From positions 1,924,001-1,988,000 of the forward strand of contig CM075997.1 in the NCBI GenBank assembly GCA_038087875.1: DNA of 64,000 nucleotides, given 5' to 3'. This DNA comes from Malacoraja senta (lineage: Eukaryota). Positions 12,830 to 24,484 of this stretch are shown here, piece after piece (position 1 is the stretch's first letter; every line of letters begins with the position of its first letter). The position numbers and the translations under genes are program-made. Below the pieces are notes generated by a model. That model was not told where the DNA came from. It ran no database searches and saw only the letters and a list, made by a program, of their open reading frames with translations.

Positions 12830-13215
12830 TGGGGATCTTATTGAAACATATAAGATTATTAAGGGTTTGGACACGATAGAGGCAGGAAACAGGTTCCCGA
12901 TGTTGGGTTGAGTCCAGAACCAGGGGCCACAGTTTAAGAATAAGGGGTAGGCCATTTAGAACAGGGACGAGGAAACACTTTTTCTCACAGAGAGTTGTGA
13001 GTCTGTGGAATTCTCTGCCTCAGAGGGCGGTGGAGGCAGGTTCTCTGGATGCTTTCAAGAGAGAGCTAGATAGGGCTCTTAAAGATAGCGGAGTCAGAGG
13101 ATATAGGGAGAAGGCAGGAACGGGATACTGATTGGGGATGATCAGCCATGATCAAATTGAATGACAGTGCTGGCTCGAAGGGCAGAATGGCCTACTCCTG
13201 CCCCTATTGTCTATT
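12830..13215 (+). mobile_element. CR1 3' fragment
   Basis: Same 3' end as other copies: gatcagccatgatc...ggctcgaagggc...cctattgtctatt. Confidence 0.85.
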
Positions 13216-14859
13216 TTGAAGACCCTTTTCTCCCCCACCTGTGGCAAACGGTGTTGGACTTTGGTACATTCCTGGTGTGATCCAACGTGACGTTAATGTC
13301 AATCTCCACTCTCAGTAATGCTGCAATTCAAAAGTCATGGCAAGGGCAGAATATAGAAGTAGCCTTGTGACCCAGGCTTGTGGTTTTTTGGTCCCGCATT
13401 GTCAAAACAGCAGAGAGAAGCGCTCTCAATTTCAGTGAGATAGTTATCAACTTCAGGAAATGTGGTTGTCAGCATCCGATGGTTACTGAAATGGAAACCG
13501 TCAAAGAGCTAAAAAAAGTACTCTATTGGCTCTACTTCCTCAAGATCCAGAATGTCTCCAACAACAAATAAAGAATCATACTTTATCAGCCAAGTATGTT
13601 TTGCAACATACGAGGATTTTGACTTGTCATACAGTCATACCAATAAAAAGCAACAGAACACACAAAATACATTTTAACATAAACATCCACCACAGTGACT
13701 CCTCCACATTCCTCACTGTGATGGAAGGCGAAAAAAAGTTCAATCTCTCTCTTCTTTGTCCTCCAGCAGTCGGGGGCCTCTAACCTTCCGTTGATGGGAT
13801 GATCTTCCTCTCGTAGCCGGCGGCAGGCCTTCCTCCTGGGGGCGATCAAGCTCCTGCATCCGGGGGAGGTGGAATCTTAGCTCCCCCGTGCCGGGCGATC
13901 TACCCCGGGTCGGGGCTAGCCGAACGCCGTGCGGTTTTGGAGTTTCCCGACGTCGGTCTCAACCCGTGACTGCGAGCTCATTGATGTTAAAGTCCGCAGG
14001 CCTCGGTTGGAGCGTCGATTCCTGGCAAGGATCGGCTCTGATGGTAAGTCTCAAAGTCAGGACCGGAGATACGACCCGGAAAACAATCACATTTCCGGCA
14101 AGGTAAGAGATTTAAAAAACCTTCCCCCGACCCTCCCGCGCACACATAAAACAAACCAGAGAACATTAACACATACTTTTTAAACACACTAAAAATAGCA
14201 CAAAAAAGACGATAAGGACAGACAGACTGTAGGCGAGGCAGCCATCGAAGGGCCACCCGGTGGTTAATTTCAAAAGATGCACCACAGAAACCATACTTCA
14301 GATTGCATCAAGTACTTGGTTTTGGAACAGCTGCGCCCAAGACCACAAGAAATTGCTGAGAATTACGCATGTAGGTCAGTCTATCACAGACTCCCCGCCA
14401 TTGACTCTATCTCTGCCTCTGGAGAGCAACCAACATAATCAAGGACCTTTCCCACTTCTGGTCATCCCATCCTCTTGCACATGGGAAGAATATACAGAAG
14501 CTTGAAAGCGCGCACCACCATACAGGGAACAGCTTCTTCCCCTCTGTAATCATACTTCTGTAAACTAGGATACAGTCCCGATTCTCCAGCCTGCTTCATT
14601 GTGGTTGAGAAGTTACATTCTGCACTCTGGTATCTTTCTGATTTGATTATTTTAGTTTTAGAGATCCAGCATGGAAACAGACCCTTCGGTCCACCAAGTC
14701 CGTGCCGACCAACATTAGTTCTATCCTACACAATAGGGACAATTTACGGAATCCAATTAACCTACAAACCTGCATGTCTTTGGAATGTGAGAGGAGACCA
14801 GAGAACTCTGTACAGACAGCACCCGTAGTCATGTTCAAAGCTGGGTTTCTGGCGCTATA

Positions 14860-15184
14860 GGCGGCACGGTGGCACAGCGGTAGAGTTGCCGCCTTACAGC
14901 GAATGCAGCGCTGGAGACACAAGTTCGATCCCGACTACGGGTGCTGTCTGTACGGAGTTTGCACGTTCTTCCTGTGACCTGCGTGGGTTTTCTCCGAGAT
15001 CTTCGGTTTCCTCCCACACTCCAAAGACGTACAGGTATGTAGGTTAATTGGCTTGGTAAATGTAAAAATTGTCCCTAGTGGGTATAGGATAGTGTTAATG
15101 TGCGGGGATCGCTGGTCGGCGCGGACCCAGTGGGCCGAAAGGGCCTGTTTCCACTCTGTATCTCTAAACTAAACTACAAACTAA
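14860..15184 (+). mobile_element. tRNA-derived V-SINE (HE1-like)
   Basis: Full-length copy with A/B boxes and (ctaaa)n tail; head-to-head with an older copy at about 14650-14858. Confidence 0.87.
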
Positions 15185-15358
15185 AATACTCTACCACTGT
15201 GCTGCCCAATTGGACAGAGCAAAAACAATAGCATTTAATTGTACCTCGGTATAAGTGACAATAATAATACAGCTAAATCTATTCCTTTGGCCCGCTGTCG
15301 ATTTCAGTTTTGCAGGCCAAAGTTAGGCTACAACTATAACTTGAGTTAGTCTTCATAC

Positions 15359-15566
15359 CTGGAAACAAGTGTTGCACACTTTAATGATCAGCTCGAAGTA
15401 GGATCCGACATTGATGGGAATGTGGGACTTCCTCTCTTCACTTCCCCATCGTTGACAATCCAGCGTGTTGCAGACCACGGCGGATTCATCGTAGCGCATG
15501 TTGAGGTGAAAGGCAACGTCCGAGCGTGGCATCTCGTAGCTGCCGCACTGGAAGTCCACCCCGAAT
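15359..15566 (-). CDS. lgals9: Galectin A exon 3 (N-CRD carbohydrate-binding exon)
   Basis: ctttgcag|ATTCGG...TTCCAG|gtatga; 208 nt; contains HLNMR, VCN and WGSEER. Confidence 0.95.
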
Positions 15567-15979
15567 CTGCAAAGCAGAGTTCAGTCGATCAGCTCCGCAG
15601 TGACGCTCCATCCTCCCGCACAGCTTTGGTCACCACCACTAGCTCTGGCAGGGATCTGGAAACATGTTGCCTAAAGGCAGGTTACTATTTGAAGGGAGCA
15701 TCTGCGGACTAATACTGCAGGAAGGAACTGCAGATGCTGGTTAAAACCAAAGATAGATACAAAATCCTGGAGTAATTCAGCGGGACAGGCAGCATCTCTG
15801 GACAGAAGGAATGGGTGACGTTTCGGGTCAAGAAGGGTCGCTCCAGAGATGCTGCCTGTCCTATTGAGTTACTCCAGCATTTTGTGTCTATCTGCAGACG
15901 AATACTGTTACTTAATGGAGGACACCTGAAGCACCCTCCTATCTGTTTGCCTGGACTGCCAAAGTTCTTGTTGTGTTAC

Positions 15980-16068
15980 CTCTTGGCATGACTTGGTACT
16001 TGGCCTTGAATTATCACCATCTTCCCATCTTGAAGTCCTCCCAGTATAACTCCAGTAAAGGGAATTAT
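15980..16068 (-). CDS. lgals9: Galectin A exon 2 (N-CRD start, IIPFTGVILGGLQDGKMVIIQGQVPSHAK)
   Basis: ttttttcag|ATAATT...AAGAG|gtaaca; 89 nt; PFTG..GGLQDG galectin motif. Confidence 0.92.
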
Positions 16069-16109
16069 CTGAAAAAAGGAATAAATGTACTTAGAATACT
16101 CACAGGGTG

Positions 16110-18160
16110 CAGGGCTCTTGCTTAACTTTTTTTCCCTGTTGCCAGCCGGGCAACCTTGGCAGCTTTTTAGGTTGCCAAATGACAGTTTAGGTGGTCATTT
16201 AAGATGGCTTGCATGTCGCGTGCGATAATGTGCTCGGACGAAGTGCGTAGTTACCAGTCGGAATTATACTCAATGAAGCATTCACATATTATTTCTGCTT
16301 CAAAAAAAGTCACAAACTAAACATATTCACCAATCAAGACATGATATATCCCACAATGACGCAGCAAAATTATAAGACAGTATCTCAACTCTTTTTACAC
16401 ATTGCAATTAATGCAATTTCTATTAGTTCTTTCCACTTCCACTTCCAAACAAAAATGTGTTTGGATTATTCCAGCGTATGATCGACCTGTGTCAATAAAT
16501 CCTGGACCATGGTAACATATATGCGTACGTATAGTTGTGAATGTTGCTCATTAAATAACTACAGTACTGATACTCCATATTAAGAGCATTGATTTGCCGT
16601 TAAAATGAATTCTGTAATAACGTGTCAGTGACAATCGAACACTGCGGTTTTAATATTTCACGTGTTCACAATTTAATTAATCCATCTTTATGGATTAAAA
16701 CAATAATAACATTGGGAATTAAAACACATTTGATTGCATTCCGTTATCAAACATATTCAATGTTCGCTCTGAAGACATTTCCAGCACAATAGGGTCAGGG
16801 ATGGGTGTGTGTGTGTGAATCAGTGCGGGGTGGATAGATGGCGGGGGTGTGGGGGGGAGTTAGAAGGCACGTCGGTGCAGAATGGATGGATTGAGGCAGG
16901 TGAATTAGTACGTGTTGGTTGGAGTAGGTAAAATTGTGAGGGGAGAGCACCGGGGATGTCAGTGGTGTTGAATGGGGGGGTTCAGTACGGGATGGATGGG
17001 GGTAGACAAAGGTGCTGGAGAAACTCAGCGGGTGAGGCAGCATCTATGGAGCGAAGGAAATAGGCAACGTTTTGGGTCGAGACCCTTCTTCAGACGTTCC
17101 CCCCATTCTTCTTGAATGGGAGGATCAGTACAGGATGGATGGGGGGGGGGGGTCAGTACAGTGTGGATCGGAGGGTCTGTGCAGATGAATGGGGGGAAGG
17201 GGGAAGGTGCAGGGTAAATGGAGGGTGGGTCAGTACGGGATGAATGCGTGGATTAGTACAGGATGGATGGGGGATCAGTACAGGATGGATGGAGGAGAAG
17301 TGCAGGATGGATGGGAAAGGGGTAAGTACAGGGTGAATTGGGGAATGAGTGTAGGATGGATGGGGGGGGGGGGGGTGGCAGGAGAATCAATGCGAGGTGG
17401 ATAGGGCGATCAGCGCAGGATGAATAGATGGGGGGGGGGTAGATGGGGAAGGGAGCACAGGGGATGTCAGTGAGGACTGAATAGAGGTGGGAATGGGGAT
17501 CAGTGCGGGATAGAGTGGAGGGGTCCCAGGATTAAGGGGGGGTGGAGGGGGCGTACAAGAGAGAGAGAGAGAGAGAGAGGGGGAGGGGGAGCGAGGTGTG
17601 GAGGAAGGAAGGTCAGCGCTCCTCGGACAACATCGCCCCGCTGCCTTGGCCGTTGGGAACTCCTCGCCACCACCTCCCTCCTCCGCCAGCCAACAGCAAG
17701 GTGCGGGGCCGAGCGGTGCAGCTCAGAGATCCTATAGCTTTAGGATCTTTGGTGCAGCTGCTTCAGACGCGACATTTCGTGTCGGCGGCTGTTGTGCGGG
17801 GCAAATATACTAGGTGCGGGGTGAGGAAGGCTCGGAGCGAATGACAGGTCCCGCACAGCGGCAACAGCGGCCGCGACAGTGGCTCCATCTCCTCCTCCTC
17901 AGACCTGTCATTCGCTCCGAGCCTTCCTCACCCCGCACCTAGTATCTTTGCCCCGCAACACAACCGCCGACACGAAACGTCGCGTTCCTTTTCTCCAGAG
18001 ATGCTGCCTGACCCGCGGAGTTACTCCAGTTTTTTGTGTCTATCTTCGGAACAAACCAGTATCTGGTTGCCAAGCCGGGCAAAATGACTCGGTGTTTAGG
18101 TTGCCCGGCGGCGCTTTGATTGGTCAGTGGCACCCGGGCAACCGCTAATTTCGAGCCCTG
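16110..18160. mobile_element. hAT-like non-autonomous element, about 2 kb, in intron 1 of galectin A
   Basis: CAGGGCTC...GAGCCCTG termini and subterminal ccgggcaa motifs at both ends; no clean TSD; purine-rich interior. Confidence 0.6.
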
Positions 18161-19397
18161 GTGTGGTGGCTCCCAAGGGTCGGGCCATCCTAACTGTCAA
18201 ACCCCTCGGCACGGGAATGGTTCAGTCCAGAGGCGGCCCTTAACCAGAGGGTTTAAAGGCAAGGGTTTGGGTGCCATCTTTCTCTCGTGGACTTCCCTAC
18301 AACCTGGAAGGGCATAAATAAAGGTGCCTCCCGAAATACCTGGCTCCTCGCTTTCATTTAGGGACCTACGCACCACAACAGCCACATTTTATCCCAATGA
18401 GTGGTTTTATCCCATTTTATCTCATATCCCATTTTAACCTAATTTTATCCCAATCTAGGGGTTCTAGGGGCTAGTGGAGTCAAGGGATATGGGGAGAAGG
18501 CAGGCACGGGTTATTGATAGGGGACGATCAGCCATGATCACAATGAATGGTAGTGCTGGCTCGAAGGGCCGAATGGCCTCTTCCACCTATTTTCTAAGTT
18601 TCTATGAGTCTCTGTCTGCAGTGTGCAAATCATCTCAATCTCAACTTTATATCAATTCCAAACTTCCTCGCAACTCTCTCATATGAAACATTTGCTTGTC
18701 AATTGTGAGTGACCTCTTGTATTTTTCTGGCGAAACACCGTAGATTAAAACACAAGAGAGAAGGAAATGCGTTGGTTATAACTCCATATCTTAGGGGGGT
18801 AAATTTGTCAGAAATGGGACTGGTCTGTAAGCTAGCAGAGAGTTAATGGGTTTAAATTGACTTCTTCTAAGTTGTAAGACAATATAGACTACATGAATAT
18901 ATGAACAAAACCTAATACTAGATGGAGAGGATGCATACCACATTTCAATATATCAGCAATAAAAAGCAATGTCCATGCATTACATATGAATATAAAAATG
19001 GATGCACGTGTAGGGCATTTAGCCATTAGAGCCCTCCACCATTCATTAAGATTTTGGCAGATCTTTTAGCTCTATGCTACTGTAACTCCATGAGACTGTG
19101 ACCCACATTGCCACTTCTCTTAATAAAGATAATGACAGCCTTCAGTTCTATCAGTCAATCCTCAATAATGCAACATGAAGTGGTTTATATGATTAAAATA
19201 ACGCTGAGAGAAAGAGGAACCAGACAATGGGATTACCACTGCCTTAAAAGACTTTTTGGAAAAAGGATTCATGCTCTATAGAGAAGCCACAATGTAAAAA
19301 AATGTTAGGATAGGTATTGTACATGAAATCGAAGGTAGACAAAATTGCTGGAGAAACTCAGTGGGTGAGGCAGCATCTATGGAGCGAAGGAATAGGT

Positions 19398-19425
19398 GAC
19401 GTTTCGGGTCGAGACCCTTCTTCAG
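19398..19425 (-). ncRNA. Minimal hammerhead ribozyme motif in a Penelope-derived repeat (about 19326-19428)
   Basis: Identical core CTGAAGAAGGGTCTCGACCCGAAACGTC on the minus strand. Confidence 0.55.
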
Positions 19426-20164
19426 ACTTCGAAAGTGAGGTGGAGTAGACGAAAGGAAAAGTCAAAGGAAATGTTTGTTGAGGGTAAGGACCAGCTTCGC
19501 TAGGCGGAGGAGAGTATTTGTAGACAAGGTGGAAATTGATGAGGATTGAAAGATTGATTGAAAGACGTAACGTAGATACAGGCCCTTCAGCCCATCGAGT
19601 CCACACTGTCCATCGGTCATCCATTCACAGTAGTTTGATATTCACCAACTATCCTCCACTCCCTACTCACTAGTGGCAATTTATGGCGGCCAATTAACCT
19701 GTAAACCTGCACATCTTTGGGATGTGGGAGGAAATCGGAGCACCTGGAGGAAACCCACATGGTCCGGAGGTCAGGATCGAACCTGGGTCTCTGGCACTGT
19801 GAGGCAGCAGCTCTACCCACTGCGCTGCCCCAGAAAGCACAATTAACAATAAGCCCTATAAATGAAAGATTTTAATCTTGCTTTTTTTGTTAAGTCAGGC
19901 AGTGATCATTTATACAATCTGTAAGTGGAAATTCATGGTTTTGTGATGATATTTTTCCCTGGGTCGTGAACTCATTTCAATCTTACTTCCCTCTTTTGTT
20001 ACCAAAATCATGTTTTTTGAGAACTTCTTCAACTTTCCACAGCGTCACCCTGGGCTGAAACTAGAATGCCCTTACAAAATTCAGCTCTAGAAAGCACTTT
20101 CGAGTTGCAGCACAGCTTGAGTAGGCAAAAGCTTTGCCTAAAACTGTATCTTCCCCTTTGTTCT

Positions 20165-20390
20165 GAGTTAGACACAAACTGCTGGAGTAACTCAGCGGGA
20201 CAGGCAGCATCTCTGGAGAGAAGGAATGGGTGACATTTCGGGTCGAGACCCTTCTTCAGACTGACTAGTTTCAACCGAAATGTCACCCATTCCTTCTCTC
20301 CAGAGATGCTGCCTGTCCCGCTGAGTTACTCCAGCAGTTTCTGTCTACCTTCGATTTAAACCAACATCTGCAGTTCTTTCCGACACATTT
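20165..20390. repeat. Inverted pair of Penelope-derived terminal repeats
   Basis: 20170-20240 is the reverse complement of about 20276-20347. Confidence 0.75.
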
Positions 20391-20408
20391 TGTCTTCCCC
20401 TTTGCTCT

Positions 20409-20719
20409 AGGGTGGCACGGTGGCGCAGTGGTAGAGTTGCTGCCTCACAGCGGCAGAGACCCGAGTTCGATCCTGACTACGGGTGCTGTCTGTATGGAGT
20501 TTGTATCTTCTCCCTGTGACCACGTGGGTTTTCTCCAGGTGCTCCGGTTTCCTCCCACACTCCAAGGAAAGTACAGGTTTGTAGGTTAATTGGCTTTGGT
20601 TAAAAAATTGCAAATTATCTCTAGTGTGCAGGGTAGTGTCGTTATATGTGGATCGCTGGTCGGCGCAGACTCGGTGGGCCAAAGGGCCAGGATCCACGCT
20701 GTTTCTCTAAAGTCTAAAT
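20409..20719 (+). mobile_element. tRNA-derived V-SINE (HE1-like)
   Basis: gggtggcacggtggcgcagtggtagag...gttcgatcc head and the SINE core. Confidence 0.87.
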
Positions 20720-21704
20720 CCCTTATTACCCTAATTCAGCGCTGCCTACTCTGGGTCAAAGTTTCCCACTTTATAATCTATTTCTGTTCATTGTCAAACA
20801 CTTGTTAAAGTCCACGTTGATAATGTTTACTAACCTGCCGTTGACAAATATTATAGGACATTGCTTCAGATAACGTAATCAAATTCAGGTTTCTCACACG
20901 CAGTTTCCTCCCACACTCCAAAGACTACTGTGGTAGGTTAATTGGATCGGTTATAAATATAAAATTGTTCCTAGTGTGTGTACGGTAGTGTTAATGTGCG
21001 GGGATCGCTGGTTGGTGCGGACTCGGTGGGCCGAAGGGCCTGTTTCCACGCTGTATCTAAACAGAAACATATTGGCCATGAACTCTCCTTATCTCACTTT
21101 TAAAAATCCTTTCATTTGCCAGACGGTTTACCTGCAAACATTTTCTCCCAATTAATCAGTGTGCATTCCTGTCCAATGTCATCCACTGCGCGTTCCTGTC
21201 CAATGTGACGAATAAATTGACTTTGACTTTGACCTTGACCAAATTAGTCTTGCTCCAATTCAGCCCTTTGACTTCAGTAATGGAGAGCCAAGTTTTCCAC
21301 AACAAAAAAAAGACAACAGGCTTCTAGACACTTTCAAAAGAACATATTGGCATTGGGGAGAACTGCACAAAATCACACCAAAACTCCACGATTTAGATAT
21401 GAGAAGTTAAACTAGGCCTGTTTTCCCATAAATAAAAAGAATGAAGGGAGGATTTGATTGAGTTGTTTAAAATGTTAAAAGAAATGGAAAAGGTAAATGG
21501 TGAGAAAGTCATTTTTATAATTGGAGAAAGTCTTGATCAAGGGAATGCAACCTTAACCTCAGAGGGCCCATTCAGGAAATGACCCAGAGACACAGCTTCG
21601 TGCAAAGGAACAGAATGGAGATCAAAGATTAAAATAATCGCTTCCACTGAGCAGACATAAGGCGTTACTCAAGTTTAGCGGTTGGAGATAGTAACCATAT
21701 ATCA

Positions 21705-22360
21705 GCCATGTAAAGAAAGCTTTTGGTGTGCTGGCTTTTATAAATCAGAGCATTGAGTATAGAAGTTGGGATGTAATGTTAAAATTGTACAAGGCATTGG
21801 TGAGGCCAATTCTGGAGTATGGTGTACAATTTTGGTCGCCTAATTATAGGAAGGATGTCAACAAAATAGAGAGAGTACAGAGGAGATTTACTAGAATGTT
21901 GCCTGGGTTTCAACAACTAAGTTACAGAGAAAGGTTGAACAAGTTAGGGCTTTATTCTTTGGAGCGCAGAAGGTTAAGGGGGGACTTGATAGAGGTCTTT
22001 AAAATGATGAGAGGGATAGACAGAGTTGACGTGGATAAGCTTTTCCCATTGAGAGTAGGGAAGATTCAAACAAGGGGACATGACTTGAGAATTAAGGGAC
22101 AGAAGTTTAGGGGTAACATGAGGGGGAACTTCTTTACTCAGAGAGTGGTGGCTGTGTGGAATGAGCTTCCAGTGAAGGTGGTGGAGGCAGGTTCGTTTTT
22201 ATCATTTAAAAATAAATTGGATAGTTATATGGACGGGAAAAGAATGGAGGGTTATGGTCTGAGCGCAGGTATATGGGACTAGGGGAGAATATGTGTTCGG
22301 CACGGACTAGAAGGGTCGAGATGGCCTGTTTCCGTGCTGTAATTGTTATATGGTTATATA
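21705..22360 (+). mobile_element. 5'-truncated CR1 LINE (RT C-terminus) in intron 1 of galectin A
   Basis: ORF 21728-22282 LYKALVRPILEYGVQFWSP...RRLRGDLIEVFK; (gttatatg)n tail. Confidence 0.9.
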
Positions 22361-22539
22361 TGTTCTGGAACAGCAGCCCAGGCTCAAAGACAAAATGGTT
22401 CCTTCCTCAATAACGTCTGCTCCCTTTGATGCAACGTGTACTCAGTACAGCACAGCCACGCCTCATGCCATCCTCACACTTTCCCCAGGCCCTCTCATTC
22501 TCCCTCCCAATTCCTTTCACTCGCTCCCTCCTAATTACT

Positions 22540-23400
22540 CTCTCACTTTCAACCTCTCTCAACTCAGCCCATCTCTCTCCCCTCAGTCCATCTCACTCTC
22601 TCCAGCCTATCTCTCTCCCCCCAGCCCATCTCTCTCCCTCCAGCCCATCTCTCTCCCCCCAGCCCATCTCTCTCTCCCCAGCCCATCTCACTCTCTCCAG
22701 CCTATCTCTCTCTCCCTAGCCCATCTCTCTCTCCCCAGCCCATCTCACTCTCCCCAGCCTATCTCTCTCCCCTCAGCCCATCTCTGTCCCCCCAGCCCAT
22801 CTCTCTCCCCCCAGCCCATCTCACTCTCCCCAGCCTACCTCTCTCTCACAGCGCATCTCTCTCCCCCCAGCCCATCTCACTCTCCCCAGCCTATCTCTCT
22901 CCCCAGCCCCCACCTCTCCCCTTCCCCTATCATTCCCTCTCATGCTTCTTCACATCTCCTCACTCCCTCTCAATGTCCCCCCATCTTTCTGTCCCTCACA
23001 TCTTACTCTACCCGTCCCTCGCCCTCTCAATTCCTCTCACTCTCCCTCAACTCACCTCCCTCCCTTTCCCCAGTCCCCCTCTCTCCTCCTCCTCCTCCCT
23101 CTCATGCTCCTTAACATACCACTCTCCCTCTCCCCAGTCCCTCTCACTCTCTCCCCTCCCCTCCCACTGTTTCCTCGCCCTCCCAATTATTCATCTCACT
23201 CTTGCTCGCCTCATCTCAACCCCCCCCTCCTCACTGTCCCTCTCTTCCTCTCCCTCTACACCCACTCTCTCTCAGTTCCCCAGCTCTCTCACTCTCTGAC
23301 GACCCTCCAACCACCCCCACACCCCCCACCCCCCAACAACCCAGAACCTCATCCAATCCCCCACGACACCCCCCTCTAATCCTCTCACCCTCTCCTCTTT
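22540..23400. repeat. C/T-rich minisatellite and low-complexity tract
   Basis: About 19-nt unit cccagcccatctctctccc repeated over 22560-22910, then a pyrimidine-rich tract. Confidence 0.9.
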
Positions 23401-23503
23401 GCCCTAAAAAGTGGGAGAAACAACGAGAGAAGGGTCGCGGCCACCGTCAGGGCAAGGGAAGCGACTAGCGAAGTCACAACGGGGTGGGATAGCTGCTTCT
23501 CAC

Positions 23504-23533
23504 CGGGTTATAGATGGGTTGCTGTCGCATCAT
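23504..23533 (-). CDS. lgals9: Galectin A exon 1 (MMRQQPIYNP)
   Basis: ATGATGCGACAGCAACCCATCTATAACCCG|gtgag. Joins exon 2 to give the typical QQPxYNPxIPF galectin N-terminus; TATA box about 80 bp upstream. Confidence 0.88.
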
Positions 23534-23569
23534 TGTGTGTGTTCTCAGCGTCCACCTCTCCGCTTTAGA

Positions 23570-23710
23570 TAAACCGAAACAAGGATTGTGGGGACGAGTG
23601 TTGTGCAAGATCTCTTATATACGAACAGGAAATAAACGCGGGTTGGGACCAGTCTTCCTCAGCGAGGAAACGAAACTCGAGTTTGTTTCGTTTCTTTCGC
23701 AATCCACGTG
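23570..23710 (-). promoter_or_regulatory. Galectin A proximal promoter: TATA box, ETS site, ISRE/IRF-E and EICE-like elements, E-box
   Basis: TATATAAG (minus) at 23614-23621; ACAGGAAAT at about 23625-23633; GAGGAAACGAAACT at 23664-23677; oppositely oriented GTTTCGTTTCTTTC at 23685-23698; CACGTG at 23705-23710; AAACCGAAAC at 23571-23580. Confidence 0.7.
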
Positions 23711-24484
23711 AACAATCGGATCCTCCTTCCCCCTGCGCATTGCCACAAAAAGAGATCAACGCCTTTTCACCACAGGACATGAGTGGTTTTGTGATCAGAC
23801 ACGTTTTATTTGTTATAACCCCAGGTACAAGGGCTGACTAAATGCCTGCTTCCTATGGTCCACACTGGCTTTAGACGGCCAGATCCAAGATACTTCTCAA
23901 CTAGTCTGAAGAAGGGTTTCAGCCCGAAACGTTGCCTATTTCCTTCCCTCCATAGATGCTGCTGCACCCGCTGAGTTTCTGCACCATTTTTGTCTACCTT
24001 CTAATGTTTTATTCATGATCATTTTGTCTGGAGACTCTGCTGGGCTTTTTCCTTTATGTATCCAGTAGCATTGGAAAGGTTTTTGAAACCTTTCTGAGCA
24101 AACTAATCAGCATTTTTTTTTTTTTTCCTTTTTTTTTTCTTGGTCCTCCAAAATATTGCAAATGGAATTTAAACTGGAGGTGGTGGAGGGAGGGCTTAAG
24201 CCAGAAAGGGTTTTTGGGAAGAAAGAGCTACCTTAAATTTAGTTGCATCTGGTTGGGTAACTATGGTAGGGTGAAGATTATTCCATGCTTTAATTGTGCG
24301 GGGGAAGAATGAATTTTGCAGCAATTCTTGTGATAATGGAATGACTCAAATATACTGAATGTGATTACAGTTTGATTTTGATAGTCAAATATTTCAACAG
24401 GTGTTCCATGTTACTTGGGATGATGACGGAACCAGTAAAACAACTTGTGATAGATCAGATGTTCATAGAATCGTGAAGCGCGGA

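Larger units (their letters stand above)
1711..23533 (-). other. lgals9: Galectin gene A (tandem-repeat, galectin-9-like): span of visible coding exons 1-6, 3' end beyond window start
   Basis: Six GT-AG exons splice in frame (phases 0,2,0,0,0) to MMRQQPIYNP-IIPFTGVILGGLQDGKMVIIQGQVPSHAKR-FGVDFQCGSYEMPRSDVAFHLNMRYDESAVVCNTLDCQRWGSEERKSHIPINVGSYFELIIKVCNTCFQ-VSVNGQHLLEYRHRLPLMRVDTLKISGDVHVNAITFKEPD-linker. The galectin HxNxR/VxN/WGxEER motif is intact. Assignment to lgals9 rather than lgals4/8 is an inference from the N-terminal motif, multiple linker exons and the IRF-type promoter. Confidence 0.8.

Noticed and set aside
22350..23468. Pro/Ser/Leu-rich ORFs up to 254 aa
   Set aside because: Translations of a C/T-rich minisatellite, open in several frames with no domain.
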